A stretch of DNA of 64,000 nt, taken from positions 66,972,464 to 67,036,463 of the forward strand of contig NC_043011.1 of NCBI RefSeq assembly GCF_006345805.1, written 5' to 3'. The stretch's first letter is position 1; each line of letters starts with the position of its first letter. A program made the position numbers and the translations under genes. The notes under the pieces were generated by a model. It made no database searches. It saw only the letters and a program-made list of their open reading frames with translations, and was not told where the DNA came from. This DNA is from Octopus sinensis (taxonomy: Eukaryota). Shown in pieces: positions 1-14,133 of this stretch.

Positions 1-62
1 CTTATGCTTTGGCTTAAGCTTTTCATTGTATGATTTGCCTAATAGTGGTTTTATCTCTAATG

Positions 63-164
<102 letters not shown>

Positions 165-252
165 CAATAATAAAAACAATAATAATATGAGGGAATATTT
201 CCAAACTTACCAGGAAAAATTCAATTTTGAAATACTAAATCAAATTTCACAA

Positions 253-317
<65 letters not shown>

Positions 318-349
318 TTCGACAAAAAACACCTTTTATCGATTCAATA

Positions 350-545
350 ATGAAATTTTAAATTATACCATTTAGAAAAATTACATACTATAGAAAGATA
401 AATCATAGAACAATGATTAAGTAATATGCAAAATAATAAATAAAATATATATATTTGGTATATATAACATTGTTATATGATTTATCTTATATTTAATCTT
501 TCTATAATATGTAATTTTTCTAAATGGTATAATTCAATTTTTCAT
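350..545. repeat. Imperfect inverted repeat / foldback (arms ~70 bp)
   Basis: ATGAAATTTTAAATTATACCATTTAGAAAAATTACATACTATAGAAAGAT (350-399) is the near-exact reverse complement of 496-545. AGATAAATCATAGAACAATG also pairs with CATTGTTATATGATTTATCT. Confidence 0.85.
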
Positions 546-568
546 GTTTGAATTTTTATAAGTATATA

Positions 569-604
<36 letters not shown>

Positions 605-2621
605 TTGAAAATTAAGAACTTTGACATGGAAACAAATAGATGGATGCTCACAGCCATGCTTTACTCTAAAGGTTGCATGCACTCCATACTTTGTATAACG
701 TTATGTAATATTTTGATAAAATATAGTAGGAATGAAAAACTGAAGCTGACTTCTTTTAAAATAAGTATTTAATATTTTCGGAACTAATGGTTGGAAATAC
801 TTTCACAACAATACAAATATCTGCTGTATTTGCATAATATTTATTCATATTTGTATGAGTATTAGAGTTACAATCGCAGGAACGAATACTGATTCGATGT
901 TCCCCTGTAAAGAGCAGAAAAATATATTTATATATATTGACGAACTTTTAATATAAACAAAAAAGAAAGCAGATTTCGTTTTTTTTTTTCTGCTAGTACT
1001 TTCATGCTTCACAATTTTAAATGGTATTAGCCAGTCAACGAACGACATCTCATTATACTTTTCTACGCTTCACTAGTTTCAATCCTTAAACTGCAGTTAT
1101 ACAAGAATACCGACGTGAAGACTTTTACTCCAACATGTCGCAGCTAATGCTCAAATTTGCGACTCGTACTTATTATGTCTTGATTCTCTCCCCTGAACCA
1201 CTTATTGACCAGGGCATAAACAATCTAACAACTGTTACAATGTTCACTCACAAGGCTTTTGTCAGTCCTAGCTTGTACTATGGGTCATTTGCGTAATTTG
1301 CCGCGTATGAGATTTCAGCCTGAACCAAAGGATTGCGAGATCAGCTTCTTATTGCGCAGGTGCTGATTGTTATGTGAATGCTTTTAAATTTAACTACAAA
1401 AATCTAGTGATTACTTTGATAGGTTATACTCTTTCTTTTATACTATTGCCAGCGTGTTATGATTATTGAAGTCCATATGTATTACTGCGATATGCTATAC
1501 TTAACGCATGTTAAACTTTCTGTAATATTATCGTAACAACACCAGTTTATAGAACTTCATTTTTAAGGAAGCATTCTCTGAACGCGATAGTGTATATTTT
1601 AGATTACAAGCAATGGTGACATGTATTACATATCTATCGCATCAACGTCACTGTAAATCGCTCTAATATTCCCCCTAGTGCATTGCAATATCATATTAAT
1701 ACGGGAGAGAGAAAGAGAGTGAGAAATCATGTAATATACGCTGTATCAGCACCTTAATGTGGCTGATGGCAAGAATAATAGCAATGAAAGTATGCTGTAA
1801 TGCTACAATAAAATTTAGCAGGTTTGGCATGGACGGTAGGCTGTTTGTTTTATCGTCAATTTAGTTTAATTGTAGTCTTATTCCAAAGGCTTCACATACT
1901 ACCACAATTGCGGTTATTAGAGAAAAAATTCGCCGGTGTAACTATGAAACATATCTCTCAAATTTACATAATCGTAATAATATATGGATGTGTCAGCATC
2001 AGTAGGAACGTATTGCTTACCCCAATTTTGCTACCGGAAGTGTTTGGTTTCTTCGTCGTACCTCCCTGGAAACAACGTATTGATATGTTGTGAAAACCAT
2101 TCACACATGATCGGAAACTTTTCCAACACAACATGACAAATGATAGAGGGTACTTTCTATTAAAAATCTTTCGAAACTTTATGGGTCCTTCCTAACATCC
2201 TGATTGATTTCGTCCACAAAACACACTGAGAGACTCCTGTACTTTCGGGAATAAAGCAAAAATATTTTTGAAAATTTATGAATTATTCAAATCCCCCTCC
2301 AAAAGAAAATACTGATTTTGGCCATTTTTTGTATTGCACTGCGCACTTAAAAACGATAGGAAACGCCTTGAAGATCAAAATAAAATCGAAATATATTGGA
2401 ATCATTAAAAGTTCCACTTGCTGCGTTTTCAAGCAGAAATATACCCAGAGGAAATTTATCGTTCTCTGCCCAATATACAAGCCATTATTCTATGCTCTTT
2501 TAATTGTCAGCAAGATAGCAAAGCAATTAGCATACCGGACAAATTGATTTTTGTTCCGAACGCAGTTTAAAATTCTGCCGCTGCCTGCATTCGCATTCAT
2601 CATTTTGGTGTCGATAAAATA

Positions 2622-3811
2622 TCAGGTCACCCCATAAGTTCTGTCCGATTTTACCTTTTTTTAAAATTGAATGAAATTGAATTGTATTTTAGAATGTCTA
2701 ATAGAATTAAAAATTAGTTTTATGCATTAGTGTCCATTTAAACTAATTAAATGTTATTTTACAGAATAATAGAATTAAAATTTCTTTGATTAAAATCCTT
2801 TCTAACATGAAAGTATCAAGAGCATTTGAGGCACATAATGCTTTATGGGTACAAAAAAGGGAACTCTGCCGCCGGAGAAATTTACACGCAGATTATGGGA
2901 AAGAATGCTTGAATGAAAAATCTTCCAGCAGATTTTTTGCAAAATTCAGAAGTGGAAATTTCAGGCTTGAAGATGAAGATCGAACAGGACGAATTGAAGA
3001 ATTGAAAAGTTGGCAAAAAAGCATGGTTCAAACCATGCAACTGTTCATCGTCATCTTCAACAACTTGGAAAATGGGTGCCTCATGAATTGTCCGAAAGCA
3101 TCCGCAAATCCCGGGTTAACATCTGCTCTTCCCTCCATTCTCGCGACGTTATTTCACCCTTTTTGGATAGACTTGTGACTGGTGACGAAAAATGGACATC
3201 CTATCCTAAAAAGTGGTTTGGTTAAAGGGAAAAAAGCTCAACGAAAACCGAGAAGGGAACTTCATGGAAAAAGCTTTCTTCTCTTTATCGCATGTGATTG
3301 CAAAGGAGTAATTCTAACTTGTTACCACCTAATGCAACAATCAATGCTCAAGTCAGCAATTAGAGTGTTTGAACCAAGCTTTGAAGAAAAAGACCCGCTT
3401 TAGTGAATCGAAAAGGAGTAATGTTTCATCAGGACAATGCGCGACCCCACACTGCAAAGATCACATCAGAGATGATAGAAAAGCTTGAGTGGGAGAAAAT
3501 CCTCAACCACCTTATTCTCTTATTTTCCCGACCTTACTCCTTCAGACTACCATTTGTTTTGTAGTTTACAGAATCATTTGTCGGACATAACTTTCGCAAG
3601 ACAGGTCGATGTTGAAACTGATATTTCAGTAATGCTCGCTTTGAAACCAGAAGAGATTTACATTGATGGGATTAAAAAGCTTGTAAATAGATGGAAGGAT
3701 GTCATAGATAATCAGGGAAAGTACATTGATGATTAAATTTCAATAAAATATTACATTTGATCACTCGTTCTCTTTATTCAAAATTCAGTTAAAACTTATG
3801 GGATGACCAGA
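2622..3811 (+). mobile_element. Mariner (DD34D-type) transposon, decayed transposase
   Basis: TIRs TCAGGTCACCCCATAAGTT / AACTTATGGGATGACCAGA flanked by TA. Fragments DRLVTGDEKW, FHQDNARPH and YFPDLTPSDYHLF, with frameshifts. Confidence 0.95.
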
Positions 3812-4384
3812 TAAATAACATTCAGGTTTTTGGGGCGCTGCGATCGATTTCCTCCTCTCCTCAAAACTGCCGGAACTGTGCTTAAATTTGAAACCATTAT
3901 ACTAGTATCGATTAAAAAATCATGCCAGTAATATACCGCGGATGCACAGAGACTATTAGAGGAAATACTGCAAGCATGGTAGCTGCATCTATGATTGATC
4001 TTGTTACGTCATTGTCGGCAAGTTCTATTTTGTATTATTTTCTATTTAAAAAAAAAAGAAACGTAACTAATTAACAAATACATTCTTTACTCGATTATTC
4101 CTTCAAAGGTGTATTTTAGAGCGGTTCATGTGATCTTATCTTTCTACAATGAAACTATTCTTTCTCAAACAATCGTTTCTATTTTAGTTAAGGCGGGAAG
4201 TGTAAAAGAAATTAAACAAATAGGATTGATGCAAATGACTTATCATACACTTATGGAAATGAACAATGTGAAAACATCTTCTACAATATTTGTCTAATTC
4301 TTTCGTACATCCTTCAAACTTCTTGTAATCTCTGAAAGATGAAAATATGATTGAATGTTCTCTTCTGATCTAAGTACAAGGACA

Positions 4385-4505
4385 GAAATTTGGCGGGGGA
4401 GGATGCCAGTCGATTAGCTCGACCTCAGTACGTAACTGGTACTTAATTTATCGACCCCGAAATTATGAAAGGCAAAGTTGACCCCAGTGGACATTTGAAC
4501 TCAAA
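4385..4505 (-). mobile_element. Partial SINE, same family as the 32992-33870 array
   Basis: GTAACTGGTACTTAATTTATCGACCCCGAAA...AAAGGCAAAGTTGACC matches the reverse complement of the array unit. Confidence 0.75.
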
Positions 4506-6117
4506 AACATGATTAAATGTTATACATTCAGCGTTTTTGCTTTGTTTATAATTCTACCCTCTAATTTCCTCTAATATCAACTCTATTCCGGGCTGAAACT
4601 CTCTTTTTCTGTGGGTGAATCATAAGTAGCAAGATCAAATGCAATACTCGGGTATTTCAAAAATATAAACTGTCAAACACGTAGTTTAGTAACAATAGGC
4701 AACACCGCAAGAAAGAACATTATTTCAGCCAGATATATTATCCAGGCATTGGACTTTTGAAGTTGTGGAAACAAACCTAGTGAAATTTCGTTTCAATATA
4801 AATAAAAAATACGTGCTATGATTCACATTTAAGTGAGTGCTGCCTAACACATTCTGTGGGGTCATTTCACTTATTTGACATGGGTATGTAAACAACCAAA
4901 ATACCGTTCGAGTGGCCCAATACGCTTTGTTCAAACTAGTTTAGTTTAAACCATACTAATATAATGTCTCAACAATTGTAAACGGATAAAAAGTTATAGT
5001 CAGTTTCATCGACTGAATACTATTTAATTATATCGATCATATTGAAAACAATACAAGCTTTACAACAACAAACATCTGCCATAAAATTACTCGATTAATA
5101 CTACCCGTAACACCAAGAGTAGCAGTACGATCGTACATACTTGCAGAATTTCGTTGTCGAATCAATTGCTGGATAGCTTGACACACACTTCGATGAGGCC
5201 TCTTGACTGCATTGAATTGACAACGCAACATCTAAAAATTTGAAAATGTATTTGAAATTCTGAAATTATTTTTACGACACTGAGTTTATGCTGCAAAACA
5301 AAACCATAATTTCCGTTTATGTTCAATTCCTATTACTAAGAGGAGAGGCATATGGCGGTTGTTGGCCTGATTTTGCGAAGTTATGCGTATGAGGTTAACG
5401 TTTCAAAATGTTCCGTGTTGGGTAGAACTTTTTTCAGGGTATTTCACAATGGTCCAATCTGCAAATTGTTTCTCATAATTTTTTAAATAATTCTCAAACT
5501 AATAAGTGTGTGATTTAAGGTCGAATTAGCTGTTTTTTTTAGTAAATCCAACAAACACCTGATACCTTTCTCATTTCTTTCTCATATGTATTGATATGTT
5601 TTTAATATTTTGCCCCCCAAAACTCATTTTAGCGAATGATGGTGCAGTGATTAATTGTCGGGATTTAAGCAAAGCAAAAATAAAAAAATAAAAGTAATTG
5701 AAATTTCTGATCGCCCATCCTGCCCCAAGAGGGGCGGTTAGAAAAAGCAAATTTACTATTCTATGAAAACAGATTATTTTTCACAAAACATTTTTAGAAC
5801 ACCCTATCACCCTATCACCCTATCACCCTAATTTTAACATTTTGAATATCTATTTGAATATCTATTTGTACAGGATAGGTGTGATAAAATGAAAGTAAAA
5901 TTTAGAATACGAAGCATTCCAACGACACAATACATATGCGCAGAGACAGCGTAATCAAGAGTGTGGTGTATAAGTGAAAGACAGATAGATAGAAGGAGGA
6001 GAAGACAGGGAATTAGAGAAAGACTGCAAGAGAGTTGTCGATCTAGAAGTTGAGTTATGTTTCGTATATTGTGACGCAGATTTTGCGAATTATATATATA
6101 GTGTATATATACAGGGT

Positions 6118-6788
6118 CCTATGCCTTCAGAACGTCCGACGACGGAGTGTTCCTCCACACCAGGGCTGATGGTGGATTGTTCAATCTTGCGCGCCTCAGA
6201 GCTAAGACCAAAGTCCGTCAGGTGCTGATCAGAGAGATCCTCTTTGCTGACGATGCCGCCCTAACATCACACAACCAGCCGGGTCTCCAGAGGCTGGTCA
6301 GCCCCCTAGCGGATGCCTGCCAAGAGTTCGGCCTTACCATCGACCTGAAAAAGTCAGAGATCATGGGCCAGGACGTCGCATGCCTAAAGACATCCTGTAC
6401 AGCGAACTCACCACGGGATCCCGACCCAAGGGACGTCCACAGCTACGATACAGGGATGTGTGCAAGCGTGACCTGAGGACTGCCAACATCTGTGTGGACA
6501 CGTGGGAGGTAACAACTGCTGACCGCTCTGCCTGGCGTCGGACAGTGAGGAAAGGCGTGTCCATGGCTGAGGAAAGGAGAGCACAGCTGTGGTCGGACAG
6601 GCGGGACAGGAGGAGGACAACTGCAGCAACACCCCACACGTACCCATCGATGTTCGTGTGCAGCAACTGTACCATGGACTGCCACTCTAGAATTGGACTG
6701 TTCAGTCACAGCAGACGCTGCTCATCATCAAAGTAGGCCCCACCCTTGGCGCGACCCATTGTCTATCAAGACAGACGGGGAAAAGAAG
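6118..6788 (+). mobile_element. RTE-clade LINE, 5'-truncated and internally deleted
   Basis: RT fragment RADGGLFNLARLRAKTKV...LFADDAAL fused to C-terminal MPKDILYSEL...GRPQLRYRDVCKRDL...CSNCTMDCHSRIGLFSHSRRC. 11-bp TSD ATATACAGGGT at 6107-6117 and 6789-6799. Confidence 0.93.
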
Positions 6789-6793
6789 ATATA

Positions 6794-8078
6794 CAGGGTG
6801 GGGAAGCAAAATTTACAATATTTTGAGGCAGGGATTGAAAGTCATTGTATGACTAATCAGTTTATTGAAAGTCATGAGAATTATTTGCCACAAGAAAATT
6901 TACATAACAGAAAATGTTTTTATTCTGTGTCCTTCTTTCTCAATAACTGCCATCACACGCTTCCTGGATCTTGTGCAAGTGTTCCTCAAATATTTGGGAG
7001 ACAAAGTCTCCCATTCTTCTTTAATAGTATATTTAAGAGAGTCGACATTACTGTGTGATGTTCTATTGGTAGCATGTTCTAAAACGCCCCAAATAGCATA
7101 ATCCAGAGGGTTTAGATCTGGGCTAGAAGGTGGCTATAAACAGGATTCCCAAAAATTGCTAAAGTTGGATTTGCAGAAATCTTGTATTTTTCTAGCTGTG
7201 TGGGCTGGAGCACCATCCTGTGTCCATATATAATTGCCATCTGGGTAGTTTGCTTTAAGCCATGGCAATACCTGGTATATCAGAGTCTTGTAGTAAGTAT
7301 TAACATTGATCTTTTCATAAGCTTTGTAGAAATTTATGCGCACTTTCTTTTTATCGGAAACCAACAACACCAAAAGCCATAACTTGAGCAGGATGATTTG
7401 TTTTGAATGTCCCCTTAACCTCAGCTGTTGATTTTACAATAAATCTATCCTTTCTGCGGTTCAGAACAGCATTGAACTGAAGATCTTCTCATCTAAAAAG
7501 ATCGTTACAATGGAGGACTTTTTCTTGAACCATGTAATAATTTTCTTGCACCTTTCCAATCTCTTTTCCATCATAGCTGTTGTCAACAAGTGTTTTGGTG
7601 TTCTTGTGTACGATTTTAACCTCAAATCATATATTACTGCATTTCTAATGGTCTCGTTGACTACCTCAAGTTCAGTTGCCATTTTTCTCATGGATTTGGT
7701 TGGATCCTTTAGGAATTTGGATTTCAGAGCTTTAATAAAAGCTTTGGTACTTATTTGTTGATTCCTCCACTTCCAGACCTCCTCATAATAGTTTTGCTCA
7801 TAGTCATTCTATTCTTTACATTATAAACAGTCTTTATGGACACTCCAACTATCCTTGAAATCTCCTTTAGTGTGACGAGTGCATTCACCAAATCACACAC
7901 TCTTTGACATTTGCTTTCCTGATTACTCATATGGGTAAATGTTTCTGAAAAGGTAACGATAATAGTGTTAGGTATGATTACGACATCAATATATGCTAGG
8001 TTTCAAAACAATTGACTTAGTGCCTGCTGAGAAAAAAAACAACTTATCGTTCATTGTAAATTTTGCTTCCCCATCCCG
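6794..8078 (-). mobile_element. DD37D (maT-like) Tc1/mariner-superfamily transposon, decayed
   Basis: TIRs CAGGGTGGGGAAGCAAAATTTACAAT / ATTGTAAATTTTGCTTCCCCATCCCG with TA flanks. Minus-strand QDGAPAH...*PPSSPDLNPLD has 37 residues between the catalytic Ds. Confidence 0.93.
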
Positions 8079-8214
8079 TATATATATATATATATATTGA
8101 GATCTATTTGAATTAGATGCTTAAGTTGGAACACCAAATTAGTGCGGTGTGATCCGGACAACTCAAACTAAGGCGAATACGATCAAATTAAGCAACAAGA
8201 TATCAAGAGGTGAT

Positions 8215-8300
8215 GCAGTACTACGACCGTTTCAAGCTGCTCCATGTAATTAAACAATGCTATCATTACATCAATTTAAATGCAGGGCTATTCACATCTG
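8215..8300 (-). ncRNA. Degenerate hammerhead-like remnant
   Basis: Minus strand has GAAAC-GGTC-GTA and an ATGTAAT/ATTACAT stem II, but the CUGANGA core has decayed. Confidence 0.3.
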
Positions 8301-8459
8301 GGTAAATAAATAAAACATAATTTTTAATCAGATTGACATATTAGGCGCAGGAGTTGCTCTGTAATGATACTAAGTGTGCCGTAATAAAATCAAACACGCA
8401 TCCAAATTTACTGTTCGAATAACAAATTTATGTTAACTTATTTTAGATTAACATAGGTT

Positions 8460-8890
8460 ATATTGATCCCAGAAACTTGGAAATGAATCATCTGCATCAC
8501 TATACTAAACAAAGCTGAAATTTGACGTTGATCTATTGCTTAAACAATTAATTCTTCGGCAAACAGTCACCACAAACATGTCTCGGTACTGGTGACCTGC
8601 AAATGTTCTAGCATTCTCCATTACATCTTAGTTTAGACTCACTCTTGCCTCAAAATGTTACCCCACATTCTACGTCCCACCTTTAGCAGATGAATTTTAC
8701 TATATTGAAAACAGTGCTAAAATTTGACAACATGAACCTACACAAATTGATTTACAATCAATTTATACAAAAGCTGTGCAGCCGTTCACGTATTCATCTA
8801 ACGGTGTCAACGTGTCACTGTAGAAATAGGAAGCTATTACCATCTGTCCAATATGAAACAAAATACCCGAAGGAAATTATGAGTAGAAAC
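8460..8890 (+). pseudogene. Decayed coding-like unit, copy 2 (3' part only)
   Basis: ILKTVLKFDNMNLHK...NRKLLPSVQYE...EIMS aligns with ILKPMVTFDKMDLQN...NRRLHILPLLEYE...EIMS at 26.4-26.55 kb. Confidence 0.5.
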
Positions 8891-8932
8891 CAACAAGATG
8901 GCTACCGTTAGATGGCATGCAATTGGTTATAA

Positions 8933-8984
<52 letters not shown>

Positions 8985-8990
<6 letters not shown>

Positions 8991-10036
8991 CATTCTCAGC
9001 GGATACTCCAATAGGGTTTGTGTGTCAATCTGAGGACAGTGCAGAGGATTCGTAATGAAATGGATGTGTCTAATTGGGAATACGAAGGAACGGCAGATCG
9101 GAAAACTGACTATGAACGTTCTCATAAGAAAAGAACTCCTGAATTTATTGGTAAGATCCGGGAAATGATTAATAACGATCCCTCCATGTCAATTAGGTCC
9201 ATCGGTTAGGGACATGGGATTGATTGTCTGAGTTTCTTATCAGGCAGGTAGTGTATGAAGATATTCCATATTCCTTATACAAGATTCGAAAGGGCCATAA
9301 AGGGCGAGAGGGCCATCAAGGGCGAAAGGGTCATGAAACAGAACAAACAAAACGCGCTACGAAGCTTTGGAACAAACTCAAATGTCCCCTCCAACAAAGC
9401 ATGCTTTGGAATGTCTCCAACGAGAAAAATTTCTACCAGGACCAGATGGTGAGCATACAAAACAACCGTTGCCTTACAATGTTCCTAAAACATGAACCGA
9501 TTGTGATAAAAATTAAACTTTTAGTCAATATTATGGCGTTTCGAGTGATCACTAGTGATGGCGACGTTATGCCTCCATTCATCTTCCCACGTGGTCTCAG
9601 ATTCAACACGGATGCCTTCATCAAGAGCTTGAAGGTAATAGCAGAACCCAGTTATGTCTGTCGAACAATTTCTGCGATCACATCGCTCCTAAAATCTAGC
9701 CACCTAACGTTCCAGACCGCAACCCATTTGATCATCATATGTGGGGTACAGTTGAGCGAGAAACCAATAAAACTCCTTGTAACCAAAGATAAACCAAAGA
9801 TAAAGGCAAAGATTATTGACCGACTTAATCAAAGAGTGTTTCCAGAAATGTTGCAGGAGTTTCCGAAGTCATCTGGAAGCTGTGACTGAAATTAATGGCG
9901 ATTTCATTGAATGAATTTACTCTTTAGTATTTCAATATATTTTTTTGTAATTTTGGTAAATATATCTGTTAAAATGAGATGTCAGTGATATTTTCGTTTT
10001 TGCGTAATTTAGGGACAATTTGATCACCACACCCTG
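8985..10036 (+). mobile_element. Decayed DD37D-like transposon lacking its left end
   Basis: Transposase-like fragments (VNLRTVQRIRNEM, RTPEFIGKIREMINNDPSMSIRS, SDGDVMPPFIFP) and a right TIR ending CACACCCTG+TA. Confidence 0.8.
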
Positions 10037-10372
10037 TATGCATGTGTGTGCGCGGGGGGTGTTTATGCGTGTGTTAATAATTCTAAGTTCATTTGCGTAT
10101 AAATATTTCAGTTTGCCCTATAAAGTTCATCCAATGAAAGTGTCTCTGTCTCTCTGACATGTACAATTCACTCTAACTGAGAAGATTTTTACTACAAAAA
10201 AGCTACAAAATTATATCAATGATTTCTGATCAAGAAAAGCAGTTTTGAGGAACATACTTTCAAAACATTGCATAATATATTTATATAGTCAGAAAGATCA
10301 AGTTCAAGTCAAACAATTATAAATTGTTATAATCAAAGGAAAAGCTCACATCATTTCCCCCTTTCTCGCTCC

Positions 10373-10427
<55 letters not shown>

Positions 10428-11214
10428 CCATAGCAGGCGTTGGAGTGTATATTGATTTAGTGTCGTTTACTTCAACAAACTTCGAATACCACCGCACTAC
10501 CATAGTAGTATAAGGGCCTACCTTGATAAGATGGTTTAGACAAAGTATATCAACTACATTTATAGGACCTCAGGTCACTAATCTCTTGGTGAGTATCGCC
10601 TGCTGGCAATATTTTCCCATTGATAAATATAAGTATTCAAAGTTTCTATGTTCGTACAGCTTTCCCGCGTACGGAATTTACATTGTCTATAATTTAGCAA
10701 ACACTTTCCATGCTCACAAAATTTATTTGTTGCATGAATTAAGAATAGTCGTTGAAAGGTAATACGCAGAAATGCATAACAATGTTTTCTTTCTTTTTTT
10801 TCTTTTTTTTTTGCATTTCAGTTGCTTCAGGTTAGCAACTGGAGGAGCACCAGAGAGCAGATTGATTTGAAAAAAATACCTTTAAAAAATTCAAATTGTG
10901 TCTGTAGATTACTTTTTGAAAATAGAATGCATTTCAATAAAAACAATGCTGATCCATCAGACATTCTATGCGGGTATGTGGACGGAAATCTTTAGAAAGT
11001 ATTCTGTGTATATTAATATATGTATATCACCGAACCTGGAGCTTAACTATAGTCTATTAGTCTATGCATATTTACTCATCATTACCTGATACCTTTGGGT
11101 CTTATTGACATTACATCTCATAAACCCCCTATATGTATATAAAGATATATAGATAGAGATAGATAGATAGATAAGTATACGTGTATGTATATATATATAT
11201 ATATATTATATATA

Positions 11215-11294
<80 letters not shown>

Positions 11295-11510
11295 ATGTAC
11301 ACATATGCATATATTCTTATATGTATATTCAGATAGATATGTATGTATATACATGAACATATATATTTATATGTATATATGCATATATACGTATATATAT
11401 ATATGTGTGTGTGTGTATGTGTGTGCGCGTGTGTCCCTGCGTTTGTTTTTTTTATGCGTGCGCGCTCTTATGTGTGTGTGTATTTATATATATATGTGTG
11501 TGTGTGTATT

Positions 11511-11541
<31 letters not shown>

Positions 11542-12229
11542 ATGTTTGTGTGTGGAAACCAGGACTAAAATCAAGTGACAGATTGGATATGTTTATTTGT
11601 TACTGCAACTGTCTCGATATTCCATGCAACAAATGAAAAAGAGTAAAGAAACATTCAGATTTAATCCTCGTATGGCTACTTACCAACAGTGAGAAGCAAA
11701 AGAAATATAAAATATTTCATCTTGATTTTTCGCTTTGAATTCAACTCCTCTTCATATTGTGACAACGTACACGTATCTTTTACTTATATATAATTAAGAA
11801 TTGTGTAACACCTGTTTAAACCGAACAACACGACATATAAATTTCATATATGACATGTGGTAGTACTTGAATTGTTATTTTTATGAATAGTAGTTGGTAC
11901 GTTATCAGCTGATATATATGCTATGTCTGTTTTATTGATACATATTTTTGCAAATTGAAATAAACCATCCTTTTTCTTCATTTTGTGTTTAAGATCCTAG
12001 CGAATGACTGAACATTTTACACTCACCGTCGCACAATGTAAAATAATTTTACGTTTAAAAAGAACATGTGTGTATACGTACATAGTGAAATACGTCAGTA
12101 TTACATACATATATATATATATAAGATAAGGGTATAGATTCGTAAGCGTACGACAGCGGTTTCAATACGTGGACAGATCACTGTGTTTTGAGTAAAACAC
12201 TTCATTTCATGGCTTGAAAAGATCAAGGA

Positions 12230-12600
12230 TGGCTCGTTTCTTATAGGAACAGGCGTGGCTCTGTGCTAAGAAGTAGGCTTTCGAACCGCGTGTTTTCAGG
12301 TCTAGCATCTCTGCGAGAATGGATTTGGTAGACGGAAACTGAATGAAACCCGTAGTATATATGTATGTGGGTATGTGTGTGCGAGCATGCGTCTGTGTGT
12401 GCGCGTGTATCTTTGTGTCCCCTTTCCCGGCCACCACTTCACAAATGGTGTTGGCGTATATAAGTTCCCATAACATAAGTACGAGTTTTAAGGAAAACAG
12501 AATAATTACTGTGGTCGATTCGGTCGACTTAAAATTCTTCTAGACGGAACCTGCAGCACGACCGCATTCTAGTGACTGGAACAAGTAAAAGATAAAAAGT
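12230..12600 (+). mobile_element. Old octopus-type tRNA-derived SINE, decayed
   Basis: GGATTTGGTAGACGGAAACTGAA...CCCGT core, TG tract, and ...GACTGGAACAAGTAAAAGA tail shared with 28246-28652. Confidence 0.75.
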
Positions 12601-12614
12601 GAAAGCACACACAC

Positions 12615-12703
<89 letters not shown>

Positions 12704-12704
12704 A

Positions 12705-12737
<33 letters not shown>

Positions 12738-12764
12738 GTATATATATGTATATATATATATGTA

Positions 12765-12795
<31 letters not shown>

Positions 12796-14133
12796 GTATA
12801 TAAGGTTAGCTGAGTTAGAGGTTAAAATAACCGTCTAAAAGATAGAAGTATCCATTAAACTACCGGCTTATTACCTATATTTATCCGTAGGCATACATAT
12901 GCAAGCGTATTATGCTAATAAATCATAAGTAACAACAAGGATAAAAATGAGTTTATAAATTTATAAATCAAAATTTTAAGAAAACAGAAAATGGAGAAAT
13001 ATTGATGAACAAAAATTGAATTACATCAATAATTATTTGTTAATTCAATCCAAATAGACTGCATCCCATTTAACAGCTGTTTATGCTTCCAACGTTCAAT
13101 AGGTTTTCGACGGACACAAGGTGGAGACACAATAAGGTTGAAAATAATCATAATAATTTTAATAATTATGTTCACAGTACTAATTAATAGTATTTATCAT
13201 AATAAATTGCTCATCGAATAACTGTAAATCTTTATTTAGTACTAGGTGGTTAAGTCCTTCCACCTGAAAATTGCGTTTGTGTTTGTATGTGTGTGTGTAT
13301 GTCTGTGTATATGTATATCTACGTATACACGTGTGTATAATGCATTTATGTATGTATATACACCGTAATATAAATATAATTTGAAAGAGCCATTTAATTA
13401 AATAGAAATCGTAAATTTAAATTTAATAGTATTATGCTTATCAATTTTTCTCTGCTGATTTACGATCAAGTCGCTGACACGGTACAGACAGACATTTTTG
13501 AGATTTTATTAATAGTTCTTCTACAATGTATATTTTCTTTTCATTACTGTGTTCTCTCTTTTCCGCCGCACTTAGTTCTATAGATATTTGTGTGGTATTC
13601 GTGTAGATTGATTGGCAAGTTGGACATCAATTGAAAATATTAAGCAATTTTTATTTTCCTACTTTATTTGGATAATTGTTTAAAACGTTCTACAATATAT
13701 ATTATCGTTCCACCTAGGTTCTTTTATCAAAATAAAAAAAATACTCCATTAGGAAAGAAAGAACTTGTACAATGTGCGAGACAACCAGATGTCATATAGA
13801 TTTCTATTGCGCCTTAAATATTTGCATAGAATCATTTTATATCATTTATGCGTAAATTAAAATCATTGTAATACTGGAATCTTACAGCTGCAATGATGAA
13901 TATTTAACATCCAAATTTGATTTAAGATATGCCAAAATGTATGCTCTTTAGAATCAATTAAGATCAACCATTATTAAATAAAAAGTCATTAATGGTTTCA
14001 TTCCAAATTTACTTTATATGAAATCTTAATTATTACTTTTAAAGTAACATGCATTAGGGCTTTGCATATTTGGTTTTTATAATTAAGACGATGTTGAAAT
14101 ATTTAATCGTACCTCCCCGTTGTATTTTAAAGT

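Larger units (their letters stand above)
1520..5230 (+). pseudogene. Decayed coding-like unit, copy 1, interrupted by insertions at ~2100-3813 and a SINE at ~4385-4505
   Basis: Colinear by-eye homology to 24975-26650, with in-frame indels and synonymous changes in the frame of ORF 1824-2093. Product not identified. Confidence 0.5.

Noticed and set aside
10790-10835. Strong poly-T acceptor followed by a 9-nt micro-exon (TTGCTTCAG|GTTAGC)
   Set aside because: Cannot be linked to any other exon; poly-T tracts are common here.
11118-12838. Many 60-150 aa ORFs rich in I/Y/C/V/H/T here and at 31.1, 38.1, 43.2, 44.3 and 53.5 kb
   Set aside because: They are translations of (AT)n, (GT)n, (CATA)n or (AGAT)n microsatellites, which lack stop codons in some frames.
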